A DNA stretch of 64,000 bases from an uncultured Rhabdochlamydiaceae bacterium. Lineage in GTDB: Bacteria; Chlamydiota; Chlamydiia; Chlamydiales; Rhabdochlamydiaceae. Location: NCBI GenBank assembly GCA_963712275.1, contig CAVQHD010000001.1, positions 256,001 through 320,000 on the forward strand, written 5' to 3'. Within the stretch, counting starts at the first letter, position 1. Each line of letters opens with the position of its first letter. Below are positions 9,351 through 18,781 of the stretch, in pieces. The notes beneath the pieces are model-generated. The model did no database searches, was not told the origin of the DNA, and saw nothing but the letters and a program-made list of their open reading frames with translations. The position numbers and the translations under genes were made by a program.

Positions 9351-11048
9351 ATGGCTGGATATTTAATTGCAGAAGAAGGTCCGCTGACGGGCCTCATTTT
9401 ACGTTTTGAAGAGGGGGCCGAATGGGTGATTGGACGAGATCCCGATGAGGTCGGGCTTGTTCTCGAAGACTCCATGGTCTCTCGTAAGCATGTCATTTGC
9501 AGATCTTCTCCAGAAGGCTTCATCCTTGAAAACTTAAGCGCCGTCAATCCTGCCACGCAAAATGGGAAAATCATTACCGAGCCTGTCCTCCTGCAAGAAG
9601 GGGATATTATTCAAATCGGAAATACTTTTTTCCGTTTCTCAGAAAAAACCCCAGAAACAGAGCAGCAGCCTCCTCTTCTTTTAGAAGAAGCCGCTGATCT
9701 TTCCACACTTGCGATGTCAACTTCCCCCGAAACCCGCTGGATGCTGAAAGTGATCACAGGCCCTAATACAGGCGCTGAATTTTACATGCGTAAAGGGAAA
9801 AGCTACATCCTTGGAAAAGATTCCGAAGTGTGCGATATTATTTTTCAAGATTTGAGTGTTTCAAGACAGCATGCACGGATCACAGTCGATGAGCAAGACC
9901 AAGTTGTCATTGAAGATTTAGGAAGCCGCAATGGAACTCTTGTTAAAGGGAAACCCATTGCAGAGCCCCGCAAAATTGAATCACAAACTGTGATTACACT
10001 TGGCACAACCTCTTTTCTGGTTGTCGACCGCGAAGAAGCAAATGAAACATTAATCGCCCAAGCTCCTATTATTGAGGAGCCGTCTGAAAAAGAGGTCGCT
10101 GCTCAAGCCGAAAAAGCCTCTCCTAAGGATTGGCGCGAGATGGTCATCCCTAAAAAGCATCTGATCTTTGCAGGCATTATTGGATGCGTTTTGCTTGTGC
10201 TTTTTGTTGGGCTCGTTTCCCTATTTCAAGCTGAGCCGATCGTCATCCCCCCTCGCCATGAAAGCGAGCAGATTTCCGATATTGTCCACAAATACCCCGG
10301 CATCCAATTTTCTTACAATGATGGCTCCGGAAAGCTTTTTCTGATTGGTCATGTTCTTTCTCCTGTTGATAAACAAGAACTTCTCTACCAACTCGGCGGC
10401 CTCCATTTTTTAAAAAGCATTGAAGATACGGTGGTCATCGATGAGTATGTGTGGGAAAATATGAATGCTCTTCTAATGACAAATCCAGCGTGGCAAGGGG
10501 TGTCCATTTACTCTCCGACCCCTGGGAAATTTGCCATACGCGGCTATCTGCAAATAGCAGACCAAGCACAAGCTCTTGCCGATTATTTAAATGTGAATTT
10601 CCCTTACCTGGATCGGCTTGACAATCAAATTGTCATCGAGAGCAACCTCATCACCCAAATTCAAAGCCTGCTTTTGGAAAGAGGTTTTAATAATGTTTCC
10701 TATCAACTTACCGATGGAGAGCTCGTTCTATCGGGCCGCGTTGACGGGAAAGACTCTTCCCGCTTTAACCCTCTTGTTAACGAGTTTAAAGCGCTCCCTG
10801 GAATTAGAATGTTAAAAAATTATGTCATTTACACAACGGAAGAAAGTTCGCTTGTGGACCTTTCTTCTAAATACAAAGTGATGGGATTTTCGAAAAAAGA
10901 TGGCGAAAGTCAATTCATCGTGATTAACGGAAAAATTTTGAGTGTGGGAGATATTCTTGATGAAATGACAATCACATCTATTTCTCCATCGGCAGTCTTA
11001 CTTGAAAAAGATGGATTAAAATTTAAGATTAACTACAATCTGCAATAA
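9351..11048 (+). CDS. cdsD: T3SS inner-membrane ring protein CdsD/SctD
   Basis: Two FHA domains (IGR...VSRKH; LGK...VSRQHA...SRNGT), one TM helix, periplasmic ring domains, KINYN terminus. Confidence 0.92.
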   Translation: MAGYLIAEEGPLTGLILRFEEGAEWVIGRDPDEVGLVLEDSMVSRKHVICRSSPEGFILENLSAVNPATQNGKIITEPVLLQEGDIIQIGNTFFRFSEKTPETEQQPPLLLEEAADLSTLAMSTSPETRWMLKVITGPNTGAEFYMRKGKSYILGKDSEVCDIIFQDLSVSRQHARITVDEQDQVVIEDLGSRNGTLVKGKPIAEPRKIESQTVITLGTTSFLVVDREEANETLIAQAPIIEEPSEKEVAAQAEKASPKDWREMVIPKKHLIFAGIIGCVLLVLFVGLVSLFQAEPIVIPPRHESEQISDIVHKYPGIQFSYNDGSGKLFLIGHVLSPVDKQELLYQLGGLHFLKSIEDTVVIDEYVWENMNALLMTNPAWQGVSIYSPTPGKFAIRGYLQIADQAQALADYLNVNFPYLDRLDNQIVIESNLITQIQSLLLERGFNNVSYQLTDGELVLSGRVDGKDSSRFNPLVNEFKALPGIRMLKNYVIYTTEESSLVDLSSKYKVMGFSKKDGESQFIVINGKILSVGDILDEMTITSISPSAVLLEKDGLKFKINYNLQ

Positions 11049-11067
11049 ATGGTGGAGATATTGACAT

Positions 11068-11304
11068 ATGTACGGATTAGAAAAAAAACCAAAACATGCC
11101 TTCGAGTTTGATCTGGAAAGGGATCTAAAGAAAGACCCAGGCAAAGTGCGAACGCTGTTAAAAACGGCAGAAGGAAAAATCCAAGAGATTAAAACAGAGC
11201 TCAGAAAAGGGGCGAAAGGCCCTGATCTTGATCAACTGGGTGTTCTCTTGCATGGGTATACCGCACTTCAGAAAGTTCTAAATAGGCTTGTTAATAAAAA
11301 ATAG
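11068..11304 (+). CDS. cdsE: T3SS needle chaperone CdsE
   Basis: FDLE...LLHGYTALQKVL; lies between cdsD and cdsF. Confidence 0.8.
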   Translation: MYGLEKKPKHAFEFDLERDLKKDPGKVRTLLKTAEGKIQEIKTELRKGAKGPDLDQLGVLLHGYTALQKVLNRLVNKK

Positions 11305-11312
11305 GAGTATTC

Positions 11313-11561
11313 ATGGGTCTCTCTCAATGGTGTACGCTCTCTTTTGGGGCTCTCATCGACCAATATAAAAAAGTACAAAGTCAGCTGACATCTCAAGTCA
11401 AGCAATTGGCAAGTCGTTCATCAGTTGCAACCCCTGGACGGTTTTTGCTACTGCAGTTCCAGATGAGCCAAGTGACTCAGATCGGTGATTCGATCTCGAA
11501 CTTGATTGCCCAGGTGCAGTCGATGATCAACACGGCTGTCCGTAACCAAAAATCGCAATAA
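11313..11561 (+). CDS. cdsF: T3SS needle subunit CdsF-like
   Basis: 82 aa, FLLLQFQMSQVTQIGDSISN...TAVRN; synteny. Confidence 0.8.
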   Translation: MGLSQWCTLSFGALIDQYKKVQSQLTSQVKQLASRSSVATPGRFLLLQFQMSQVTQIGDSISNLIAQVQSMINTAVRNQKSQ

Positions 11562-11585
11562 TTATTAAAGGAACAAGGTACCCCC

Positions 11586-12047
11586 ATGTCAAAAATGCAA
11601 GCCTACAAAGACGATTTCGTTCTTCTCCTCGAAACAGGTTTTATCGCTGCGGGGCAAGCTGACGAAGATGCTGCATCAAAACTTTTTCGTGCAGCTCAGC
11701 TTCTGAGCCCTGAGAATGTGCTGCCCAAAGTTGGTTTTGGGTATGTCCACTTGCTAAAACTTGAGCTTAAACAAGCTTGCAAGATGTTTGAGGATGTCCT
11801 TAAAGTCGACCCCGATAACCAGATGGCCCGAGCGTTACTAGGTCTTAGCACCTCTTTAACAATCAAAGAGGTTGATAAAGGGGAAAAACTAATGGAGGAA
11901 GCTCTCAAACTCTCTAAAGATCCTGCTGTCAAAAATATGGCTCGAACAGGCATTGAATTTGTCGAAAAATTTGTCAAAAAACAGCCGACCCCCGTTCAAG
12001 GACAGCCCCAATCTAAAGCAGCTCACAAAAAAGGCTCAAAAACATGA
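11586..12047 (+). CDS. cdsG: T3SS TPR chaperone CdsG
   Basis: DFVLLLETGFIA...DEDAA, TPR-like helices; synteny. Confidence 0.8.
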   Translation: MSKMQAYKDDFVLLLETGFIAAGQADEDAASKLFRAAQLLSPENVLPKVGFGYVHLLKLELKQACKMFEDVLKVDPDNQMARALLGLSTSLTIKEVDKGEKLMEEALKLSKDPAVKNMARTGIEFVEKFVKKQPTPVQGQPQSKAAHKKGSKT

Positions 12048-12685
12048 CGCCTGGCCCCGATGACGTTTCTAAATTAGACGCTGTCCGCCGTATTGGAGAT
12101 GAGCAAAAATCGATGCCGGCAACTCCAGGAAAGGGGTTTGAGTCGTATATGGAAAAAGCAGGAGAGCAGACCCAGGCAGCTGGGAAGAGCTCCCCGCTCT
12201 CCCCTTTTGATCTTGCTCAAGGACAGATGCCTCTCTCAACAGGACCAACGTTTGATTCTCTTTTAAGTCAGGTTAAATCAGCCCAAGTCATGCTTGGAGA
12301 TATGAATACCGACTTTCAAACAAAAGATCTGAAGCTGAAACAGTCTCAACGGTACCTTCTACGCAGTAAGCTTAAAAACGGCAATAACTACCTCAAAGCA
12401 GCCAATGCTAAAATGGGGGCCGAGACACCTCCTGCAGCGCCCCCTACACCCGGCAAAGGAATTGTAGGGAAATTCCTTGACTACGTCGCCGAAGGGCAAT
12501 CCAACCTTGCCGCCGCTCAACAACAGCTGATGAATCTCAAGGGGAAAGGAGATGCTCTTAAACCTGCAGATTTTTTGGCTATTCAGCTCAAACTTGCCCA
12601 TGCTCAGCAAGAAATTGAATATGCCTCCATCATGCTTTCCAAAGCCGTGGATGATATGAAGACCCTCATGAGCATCCAGCTGTAA
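12044..12685 (+). CDS. T3SS-associated protein (CT668-like)
   Basis: C-terminal PADFLAIQLKLAHAQQEIEYASIMLSK...IQL; lies between cdsG and cdsN. Confidence 0.7.
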   Translation: MTPGPDDVSKLDAVRRIGDEQKSMPATPGKGFESYMEKAGEQTQAAGKSSPLSPFDLAQGQMPLSTGPTFDSLLSQVKSAQVMLGDMNTDFQTKDLKLKQSQRYLLRSKLKNGNNYLKAANAKMGAETPPAAPPTPGKGIVGKFLDYVAEGQSNLAAAQQQLMNLKGKGDALKPADFLAIQLKLAHAQQEIEYASIMLSKAVDDMKTLMSIQL

Positions 12686-12691
12686 CCTTAT

Positions 12692-14008
12692 ATGGAACAA
12701 GATTCCCATTTCAGCAAACTCCTCAATCAACTTGAAGACCTTGAACTGACAACGGTTCACGGACGCATCACAGAAATTGTCGGGATGCTCATTCGAGCTG
12801 TCGTTCCCCAAGTCAAGATGGGAGAGGTTTGTCTTATCAAAAGAGAGGGAGAGCCTCTCATGGCAGAGGTCGTCGGCTTTACAAAAGATGAAGTACTTCT
12901 CTCTCCTTTAGGTGAGATGACAGGAATTGGCCCTTCCTCAGAAGTGATTCCGATGAAAATTCCCCTCCAAATTAAAGTTGGGCCTCAACTCCTCGGAAGA
13001 ATTCTTGATGGCCTTGGCAACCCCCTCGATGAAGAGACAAATGGCCCTTTAATCCTCGAAGAATCGTACCCTGTCATCAACGCCCCTCCCGATCCTCTCA
13101 AACGGCAGATCATCAAAGAACCCCTTTCAACAGGCATCCGTTCAATTGACGGTGTTCTCACCGTTGGAAAAGGGCAGCGCATGGGGATTTTCTCCGCAGC
13201 AGGCGTTGGTAAATCGACTCTTCTTGGGATGATTGCCAGATACGCAAAAGCCGATGTCAACGTCATCTCTCTCATCGGAGAACGGGGACGGGAAGTCCGA
13301 GAATTTTTGGAAAATGATCTTGGAACTGAAGGGCTTAAAAGATCCGTGATCGTCGTTTCAACATCGGATCAAGCAGCCCAAACACGCCTCAACGCCGCTT
13401 ATGTTGGGACAGCGATCGCCGAGTATTTCCGAGACCAAGGGAAAACCGTCATTTTGATGATGGACTCTGTGACCCGCTTTGCAAGGGCGCTGAGGGAAAT
13501 TGGGCTTGCGGCAGGAGAGCCTCCTGCCCGCGCAGGCTTTACACCCTCTGTCTTTGCAACTCTTCCACGCCTCCTTGAACGCTCAGGAAACTCTGATCGA
13601 GGATCGATCACAGCCTTTTATACCATTCTTGTTGCCGGAGATGATCTCAATGAACCCGTCTCTGATGAAGTCCGCTCTATTCTCGATGGACATATTATTT
13701 TGTCGAGAAAGCTTGCCAGCGAAGGACACTTTCCTGCCGTCAGCATCCTCGATTCGATCAGCCGAGTTCTCACACAAATCACTCCCAAAGACCATCAGCA
13801 GCTGATTGCAAAATTGCGTGAAGTGCTCGCTAACTACGAGAAAAATGAGCTCTTGATCCGCATTGGCGAATATAAACCCGGCTCCGATAAAAATGCCGAC
13901 TTTGCCATCAAGTACATCGATAGAGTCAACCGCTTTTTGAAGCAGCCAATCGAAGAGAAATCAAGCTACGAAGAAACTGTACACCAATTGCATGCCCTGT
14001 TTAGATAA
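12692..14008 (+). CDS. cdsN: T3SS ATPase CdsN/SctN
   Basis: [30 protein letters not shown]. Confidence 0.97.
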   Translation: MEQDSHFSKLLNQLEDLELTTVHGRITEIVGMLIRAVVPQVKMGEVCLIKREGEPLMAEVVGFTKDEVLLSPLGEMTGIGPSSEVIPMKIPLQIKVGPQLLGRILDGLGNPLDEETNGPLILEESYPVINAPPDPLKRQIIKEPLSTGIRSIDGVLTVGKGQRMGIFSAAGVGKSTLLGMIARYAKADVNVISLIGERGREVREFLENDLGTEGLKRSVIVVSTSDQAAQTRLNAAYVGTAIAEYFRDQGKTVILMMDSVTRFARALREIGLAAGEPPARAGFTPSVFATLPRLLERSGNSDRGSITAFYTILVAGDDLNEPVSDEVRSILDGHIILSRKLASEGHFPAVSILDSISRVLTQITPKDHQQLIAKLREVLANYEKNELLIRIGEYKPGSDKNADFAIKYIDRVNRFLKQPIEEKSSYEETVHQLHALFR

Positions 14009-14018
14009 TAGACCTCTT

Positions 14019-14525
14019 ATGACAAAATATCCCTTAGATCAGCTCGCCGTCATCAAGCAAAGGCGGCTTGAAGAAGCTGAAAAGATCTTGAAAGAGAGAA
14101 AAGAAGCTTTAGCTAAAGAAGAAGCAAAACTCGCCGAGCTCGAAAAAAAACGGGATGAAGTCAAAAGCCATCACCAAGATAAATTAACACAGTTTCGAGC
14201 TAAATTAGATGAGGGAACATCAACTGCTAAAATTCAGCAGATGAAACACTATCTCAAACTCGTCGCCGAACAACTCAGTGGAGAAGAAAGAAAAGTGGAC
14301 GCACAAAAAAAAGTTGTCGAACAAGCCGCAACCCAAGTGGAACTTGCCCGCATTGATCTTTTCAAGCGGCAGAAAGATGTTGAAAAACTTCGCCTCCACC
14401 ATAAAGAATGGAAGAAGGAAATGCATATCGTCGAAGAGAGACGCGAAGGCGTCGAAGGCGATGAAATGGGAAGTACAATGCACCATCTCAAGAAAACAGA
14501 AAAAAAGCGCCGAACCCATGAGTAA
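14019..14525 (+). CDS. cdsO: T3SS stalk protein CdsO
   Basis: Coiled coil, KYPLDQL...IKQRRLEEAEK; follows cdsN. Confidence 0.85.
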   Translation: MTKYPLDQLAVIKQRRLEEAEKILKERKEALAKEEAKLAELEKKRDEVKSHHQDKLTQFRAKLDEGTSTAKIQQMKHYLKLVAEQLSGEERKVDAQKKVVEQAATQVELARIDLFKRQKDVEKLRLHHKEWKKEMHIVEERREGVEGDEMGSTMHHLKKTEKKRRTHE

Positions 14526-15498
14526 CGTGACCAATCCACCAGGCCCTCTCAATCCTACAAACCCTCAAAGATCGACCGAACCTACAAAACCAGGGACAGA
14601 TAAGTTCAAGAACCTGATGAGAATCGACAAGTCCAATGAGGAGCAAAAAAAAAGAAAAAAACGGCAGGAAGAAGCCGAGGAAGAAACGAAAGCGGAAATT
14701 CAGACTACAGCGGTCTCTGCCGAAAGAGCAGCCGAGACAAAAAGAAAAGAAAAGTTTCCAAAAGTTCAAAAAATTGGCGAAAGCGAAAAGAAGCAAACAA
14801 AGCATCAAAAGCGTCCTGAAGAGATCTCTTTAGAAGCCGAAAACGAAAATATAGTCCCATCAGCTCCAAAAGTCGCCCAATCTTTAGAGCTTCCAACCCC
14901 TGAAGAAGCAAAAACAGCTGTACCGACTGCCCGCCATCAAACTCCCTCTCAAATCCAAGAAGAGGAAGAGCAGCAAATCATTCAACAAGAAGAAAAAATC
15001 TCTCAAGAGTTCAAGCTACAACCTGAAGAAAAGAAACCTCATGAAAAAAAAGAAGAGCGGCTACCCTCTATTCTGCCTACAGCTTCAGAGTTGGGCCCTT
15101 TATTTCTTGCCCCCGCAGCAGAAATGCCCCCAGCCTATACCCTTCTAAGCGCTGAAACACTCGCCCTCTTTGAACGCATGGTCTCCGTGATGTCGATCCT
15201 CCACGACAGTGGAATCACTGAAACCGTCATTCACCTCAATACGCCTGAATTTGCACACTCTTTCCTTGCAGGATCACAGATTGTCATTCGAGAATACAGC
15301 ACCGCTCCCCTTACTTATAATATTGAGCTTGTCGGCAACCCTCAGGCCGTCGCCCTTTTTACAAAAAACCTCCCTCTCCTCAAGTCTGCCTTCCAAGAGG
15401 GAAAACACCGGTTCCGAGTCAACCGACTAGAGTCGACCCTCTCCCGCGATGAAACACCCAAAGTCAAGCGGAAAGAAGATCTCTCAGAAGAGACTTAG
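14518..15498 (+). CDS. cdsP: T3SS CdsP-like (needle-length ruler) protein
   Basis: Low-complexity E/K/P-rich N-terminus plus a C-terminal FliK-like domain (FAHSFLAGSQIVI...APLTYNIEL); synteny. Confidence 0.65.
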   Translation: MSNVTNPPGPLNPTNPQRSTEPTKPGTDKFKNLMRIDKSNEEQKKRKKRQEEAEEETKAEIQTTAVSAERAAETKRKEKFPKVQKIGESEKKQTKHQKRPEEISLEAENENIVPSAPKVAQSLELPTPEEAKTAVPTARHQTPSQIQEEEEQQIIQQEEKISQEFKLQPEEKKPHEKKEERLPSILPTASELGPLFLAPAAEMPPAYTLLSAETLALFERMVSVMSILHDSGITETVIHLNTPEFAHSFLAGSQIVIREYSTAPLTYNIELVGNPQAVALFTKNLPLLKSAFQEGKHRFRVNRLESTLSRDETPKVKRKEDLSEET

Positions 15499-15652
15499 GT
15501 TTTTTGAACCATTTTCTCCTGATTGGGGAGATAAAACTCTGGATAAGACCACGGAAAGTTCGCACTAAATCTCGTTCATGTCTAACTAACGCCCCCGTCC
15601 GAAGATTTTAGCTTTGCACTTTAGTCGGCAGACCATTATGCTTAAAAGTGGT

Positions 15653-16726
15653 ATGCATGACGTTTTGCCTCAGTGGTTACAACTTGTTGAACAAGCGCTT
15701 TTGAAAGTTGGTCAGCTTCCCGTTCTGGAAGAGCATTTTCCATTTCCATGGGAAGCGGCAGGAGAGGCTTTGCAAAAGTCGCTTGGGCTTTCACAGCTTA
15801 CCCTCTCATCTTCACACGCTGCCTGGAAAGAGGCGGCGGAGTTTTTACATGGAATGGGAGACCTTCCAACCATTGTCGCCCTTGAGATGGCGCCAATTGA
15901 AGGCTCGTTGTTTTTCATCTTACCCCAAAACGATGTGATAGAACTGACGACTCATGCGCTCATCGAAGGCGATGAAAGAGAGGGGTTTTCAGGAGCCCAC
16001 CCCGGAGTTAAGCTAAGACAAGGGTTTTACCATTTTCTTCTTCTCAAAGCAGTGCAAGCAATCGACCATCTCCATCTTTTCAAGGATGTTGCTTTTCACT
16101 TGCTCCCTCCATCTCCTTTGCCTCATGAAGAAGGTTTTTGCATCGATATCGCCTGCGCTCTACAAGCACGAACGCTTCAAGCCAGGATTGTCTGCCCGCA
16201 ATCATTTTTAACCGCGTTTAAGGCACATCAACCTTTTCAAAAAACCACGCTCCTTTCATTTGGAGAAACATCTCCAATGGAACTCTCTTTCCGATGCGAG
16301 GTAGGGCATACTTCATTAAATCGCGAGGAATGGGAAGCCCTTCAAGTCGGCGATTTTTTAATTCTCGACCGATGCTCTTTTGATCCAACGGAAGAAAAAG
16401 GATCTCTCACGATTTCTCTTGAGAAGGTGCCTCTTTTGATGGCCCGTTTTAAGCCTGAAGGGCTTAAGGTTCTCGACTTTGCCCTCTATGGAGAAGAAGC
16501 TCCAGCTGAGATGCAAGATACGCTTCAATTAACAGCTGAAATCGGAATGCTCAAAATGACTCTACATCAGCTTCTTCAGCTGAAAGCCGGGTCACTTCTC
16601 GAACTTTCAATGAGGCCCGAGCAAGGTGTCCGCCTGATGCTGGAAAGTACATGCGTCGCTAAAGGAGAACTCTTAAAACTTGGCGAAGTCTGTGGAATTC
16701 GTATTTTAGATATTCAGGGCCCGTAA
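15653..16726 (+). CDS. cdsQ: T3SS C-ring protein CdsQ (FliM/FliN C-terminal domains)
   Basis: EVGHTSL...GDFLILD and VAKGELLKLGEVCGIRILDI SpoA domains. Start could be 15638. Confidence 0.9.
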   Translation: MHDVLPQWLQLVEQALLKVGQLPVLEEHFPFPWEAAGEALQKSLGLSQLTLSSSHAAWKEAAEFLHGMGDLPTIVALEMAPIEGSLFFILPQNDVIELTTHALIEGDEREGFSGAHPGVKLRQGFYHFLLLKAVQAIDHLHLFKDVAFHLLPPSPLPHEEGFCIDIACALQARTLQARIVCPQSFLTAFKAHQPFQKTTLLSFGETSPMELSFRCEVGHTSLNREEWEALQVGDFLILDRCSFDPTEEKGSLTISLEKVPLLMARFKPEGLKVLDFALYGEEAPAEMQDTLQLTAEIGMLKMTLHQLLQLKAGSLLELSMRPEQGVRLMLESTCVAKGELLKLGEVCGIRILDIQGP

Positions 16727-16932
16727 ATGAATAGATTAAGGAGCCAGTTGCAAAACTCGCTTTGGAGGCCAAATTCGATGAATTTGCCGCTGGTTCCTTT
16801 TCTCCGCAAATTGACATACTCGACTCAGAGTAGGCGATTTGCGGAGAAAAAGAATCCAGCGGCAAAAGCGCGGATTTGGCCCCAAATTGGAGTTTTGCAA
16901 CTGGCTCTAAGAAGTTATTTATTTACGAGCCC
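16717..16932. mobile_element. Nested palindromic elements: family-C termini with TCA target duplication enclosing a 167-bp element (16741-16907)
   Basis: TCA|GGGCCCGTAAATGAATA...GAAGTTATTTATTTACGAGCCC|TCA; inner TAAG|GAGCCAGTTGCAAAACTC...GAGTTTTGCAACTGGCTC|TAAG. Confidence 0.85.
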
Positions 16933-16938
16933 TCAGCG

Positions 16939-18495
16939 ATGAGCGACTCTACCTTTTATAAACAACCTACCCTCCTAGAAACAAAAATTTCTGATACTGC
17001 TCCTTCTCTTCCTGAGAAAATCGGCCCTTATAAAATCGAATCTCTTTTAAATCGCGGGGGCATGAGTCTTCTGTATTTGGGGATCCATCCTGAAACACGT
17101 GCACTCATCACTGTCAAAGTGCTCTCTCCTAAGTATGTAACCTCTCCTGAAATGGTGTCTCAGTTCCTCCGTGAATCAAAGATCGTCGGCCTCACGAACC
17201 ATCCCAATATCGTCAAGCTCTATGGAGAAGGGGAATGGGAGGGAGGGCTTTATATCGCTATGGAATTTATTCGAGGGATCTCCCTTCGGCAATTTATCGA
17301 GCAGCACTCTCTTTCGATGAAAAAATCAATCGACATTTTACTCCAAGTCGCCCACGCCCTCTCCCATCTTCACTCGCACGGTGTGATTCATGGAGATCTG
17401 AAGCCTGAAAATATCCTGATGACCGAGGATGGAGAGGTGAAAGTGATCGATTTTGGAATTGCTAGGCTCCATGAAGAAGCAAAAAAAGAAAAAGGCAAAT
17501 CTTTAAAGATCATTGGCACCCCTACTTATATGAGCCCAGAGCAGAAAGAAGACCCTTCTTCAGTTTCTTTTGCGTCTGATATTTATGCACTGGGAATCAT
17601 TGCGTATGAGTTGTTCATTGGAAAGCTGAGTTTTGGGGTGATTCATCTCTCGCAAGTTCCTAAAGGGCTCCGATTAATTTTGGAAAAAGCACTTGCCGTA
17701 TCGATCCAAGAAAGATATTCCAATGTTCTTCAGCTGATTTCCGATTTATCCAATTACTTAAAATCAGGCGGTCTTGAAAAAGACCGTCCTGGAACAGATC
17801 AAATTAAAGAAATTTTAGAATTGATTCAGAAGGCAGACCTTGCCCTCTCTCTTCCAGCCATTGCCTCAACCCTCCATTATGAAGGAGCCCTCGCCCGGCT
17901 AAAAATCCTTGGACAAACAAATCCGTATTTTGATGCTCTTAAATTTCCCGATAACTCGTACGGATTTGTTTTAGCAGAGCCAAAGATGGGCGGACTTGAA
18001 ACCTCTGTTTACCTAAGTAACCTTCGGGGAATGATTCGAGCAACTGCCGCTGCAAACGATAAGTTTGCTTTTCCTTCCTTTTTAACAACCCTACAACAAC
18101 TGATTCAATTTGACCCATTAAATCAAGCCTATGCCCTTGCGTTTCTCATTCTCAGCCCTTCCCGCGATGAACTGCAGCTTCTCTGCTGCGGAATAGGGAG
18201 TCTACTTCATTTAGCCTCTGGCAGCCACAAGGCACGAAAACTTCATAACTTCAATCCCCCTCTAGGCTCAGCTAACCGAAGAGAGTGGGATATTACAATC
18301 GATGGGTGGAATGTGGGAGACATTCTCATTTTCCACACGCTCCCCCCTGTTTCAGATCCGCTCGTTCAAGAAACCCTTGAAAATATCTCTCTTCAATCTC
18401 CTCAAAGCCAGGCCGATAATCTGATCAAAAAAGTCGCTCCTATCCTCTCAGAAAAAACAACCCACCTCCTGGCTTCCCTTCATCGTATTGGGTAA
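16939..18495 (+). CDS. pkn5: Ser/Thr protein kinase Pkn5-like with degenerate SpoIIE/PP2C-like C-terminal domain
   Basis: HGDLKPEN, DFG, GTPTYMSPE; lies between cdsQ and cdsC. The ORF-track start is inside the palindrome; ATG 16939 is preferred. Confidence 0.88.
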   Translation: MSDSTFYKQPTLLETKISDTAPSLPEKIGPYKIESLLNRGGMSLLYLGIHPETRALITVKVLSPKYVTSPEMVSQFLRESKIVGLTNHPNIVKLYGEGEWEGGLYIAMEFIRGISLRQFIEQHSLSMKKSIDILLQVAHALSHLHSHGVIHGDLKPENILMTEDGEVKVIDFGIARLHEEAKKEKGKSLKIIGTPTYMSPEQKEDPSSVSFASDIYALGIIAYELFIGKLSFGVIHLSQVPKGLRLILEKALAVSIQERYSNVLQLISDLSNYLKSGGLEKDRPGTDQIKEILELIQKADLALSLPAIASTLHYEGALARLKILGQTNPYFDALKFPDNSYGFVLAEPKMGGLETSVYLSNLRGMIRATAAANDKFAFPSFLTTLQQLIQFDPLNQAYALAFLILSPSRDELQLLCCGIGSLLHLASGSHKARKLHNFNPPLGSANRREWDITIDGWNVGDILIFHTLPPVSDPLVQETLENISLQSPQSQADNLIKKVAPILSEKTTHLLASLHRIG

Positions 18496-18711
18496 TAGGT
18501 CGTAGGAAATTAGAACGGATATTTGGAACTTTTGTCAACTCGGGCTTATGTCCATTTCTTCACCACCGAGACACAGAGAGGGATGAGATTGCACAGAGGA
18601 TTTTTTTTCTCTGTGCAATCTCATCCCTCTCCGTGTCTCGGTGGTAAAAAAATGGAAATAAGCCGGAGCCAACAAAAGTTTCAAATATCCGTTATTGTTT
18701 CCTGCACCCTG
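18496..18711. mobile_element. 216-bp palindromic MITE (family D) with 10-bp target duplication
   Basis: TATTGGGTAA at 18486-18495 and 18712-18721; right end reads CAGGGTGCAGG on the minus strand; homologous to 42061-42277. Confidence 0.85.
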
Positions 18712-18781
18712 TATTGGGTAAGAGTTTGTGTATACAATAAACACAAACTCTTTTAGGATTGCGTTTCAAGAATTATTGTAT

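Noticed and set aside
15499..15652. Intergenic gap between cdsP and cdsQ as a possible ncRNA or element
   Set aside because: No convincing long stem, no target duplication, no similarity to the other families.
16727..16942. Short ORFs and N-terminal extensions drawn from palindromes (also 18523-18756, 47438-47542, 55710-55949)
   Set aside because: They lie inside repeat elements; better starts exist downstream.
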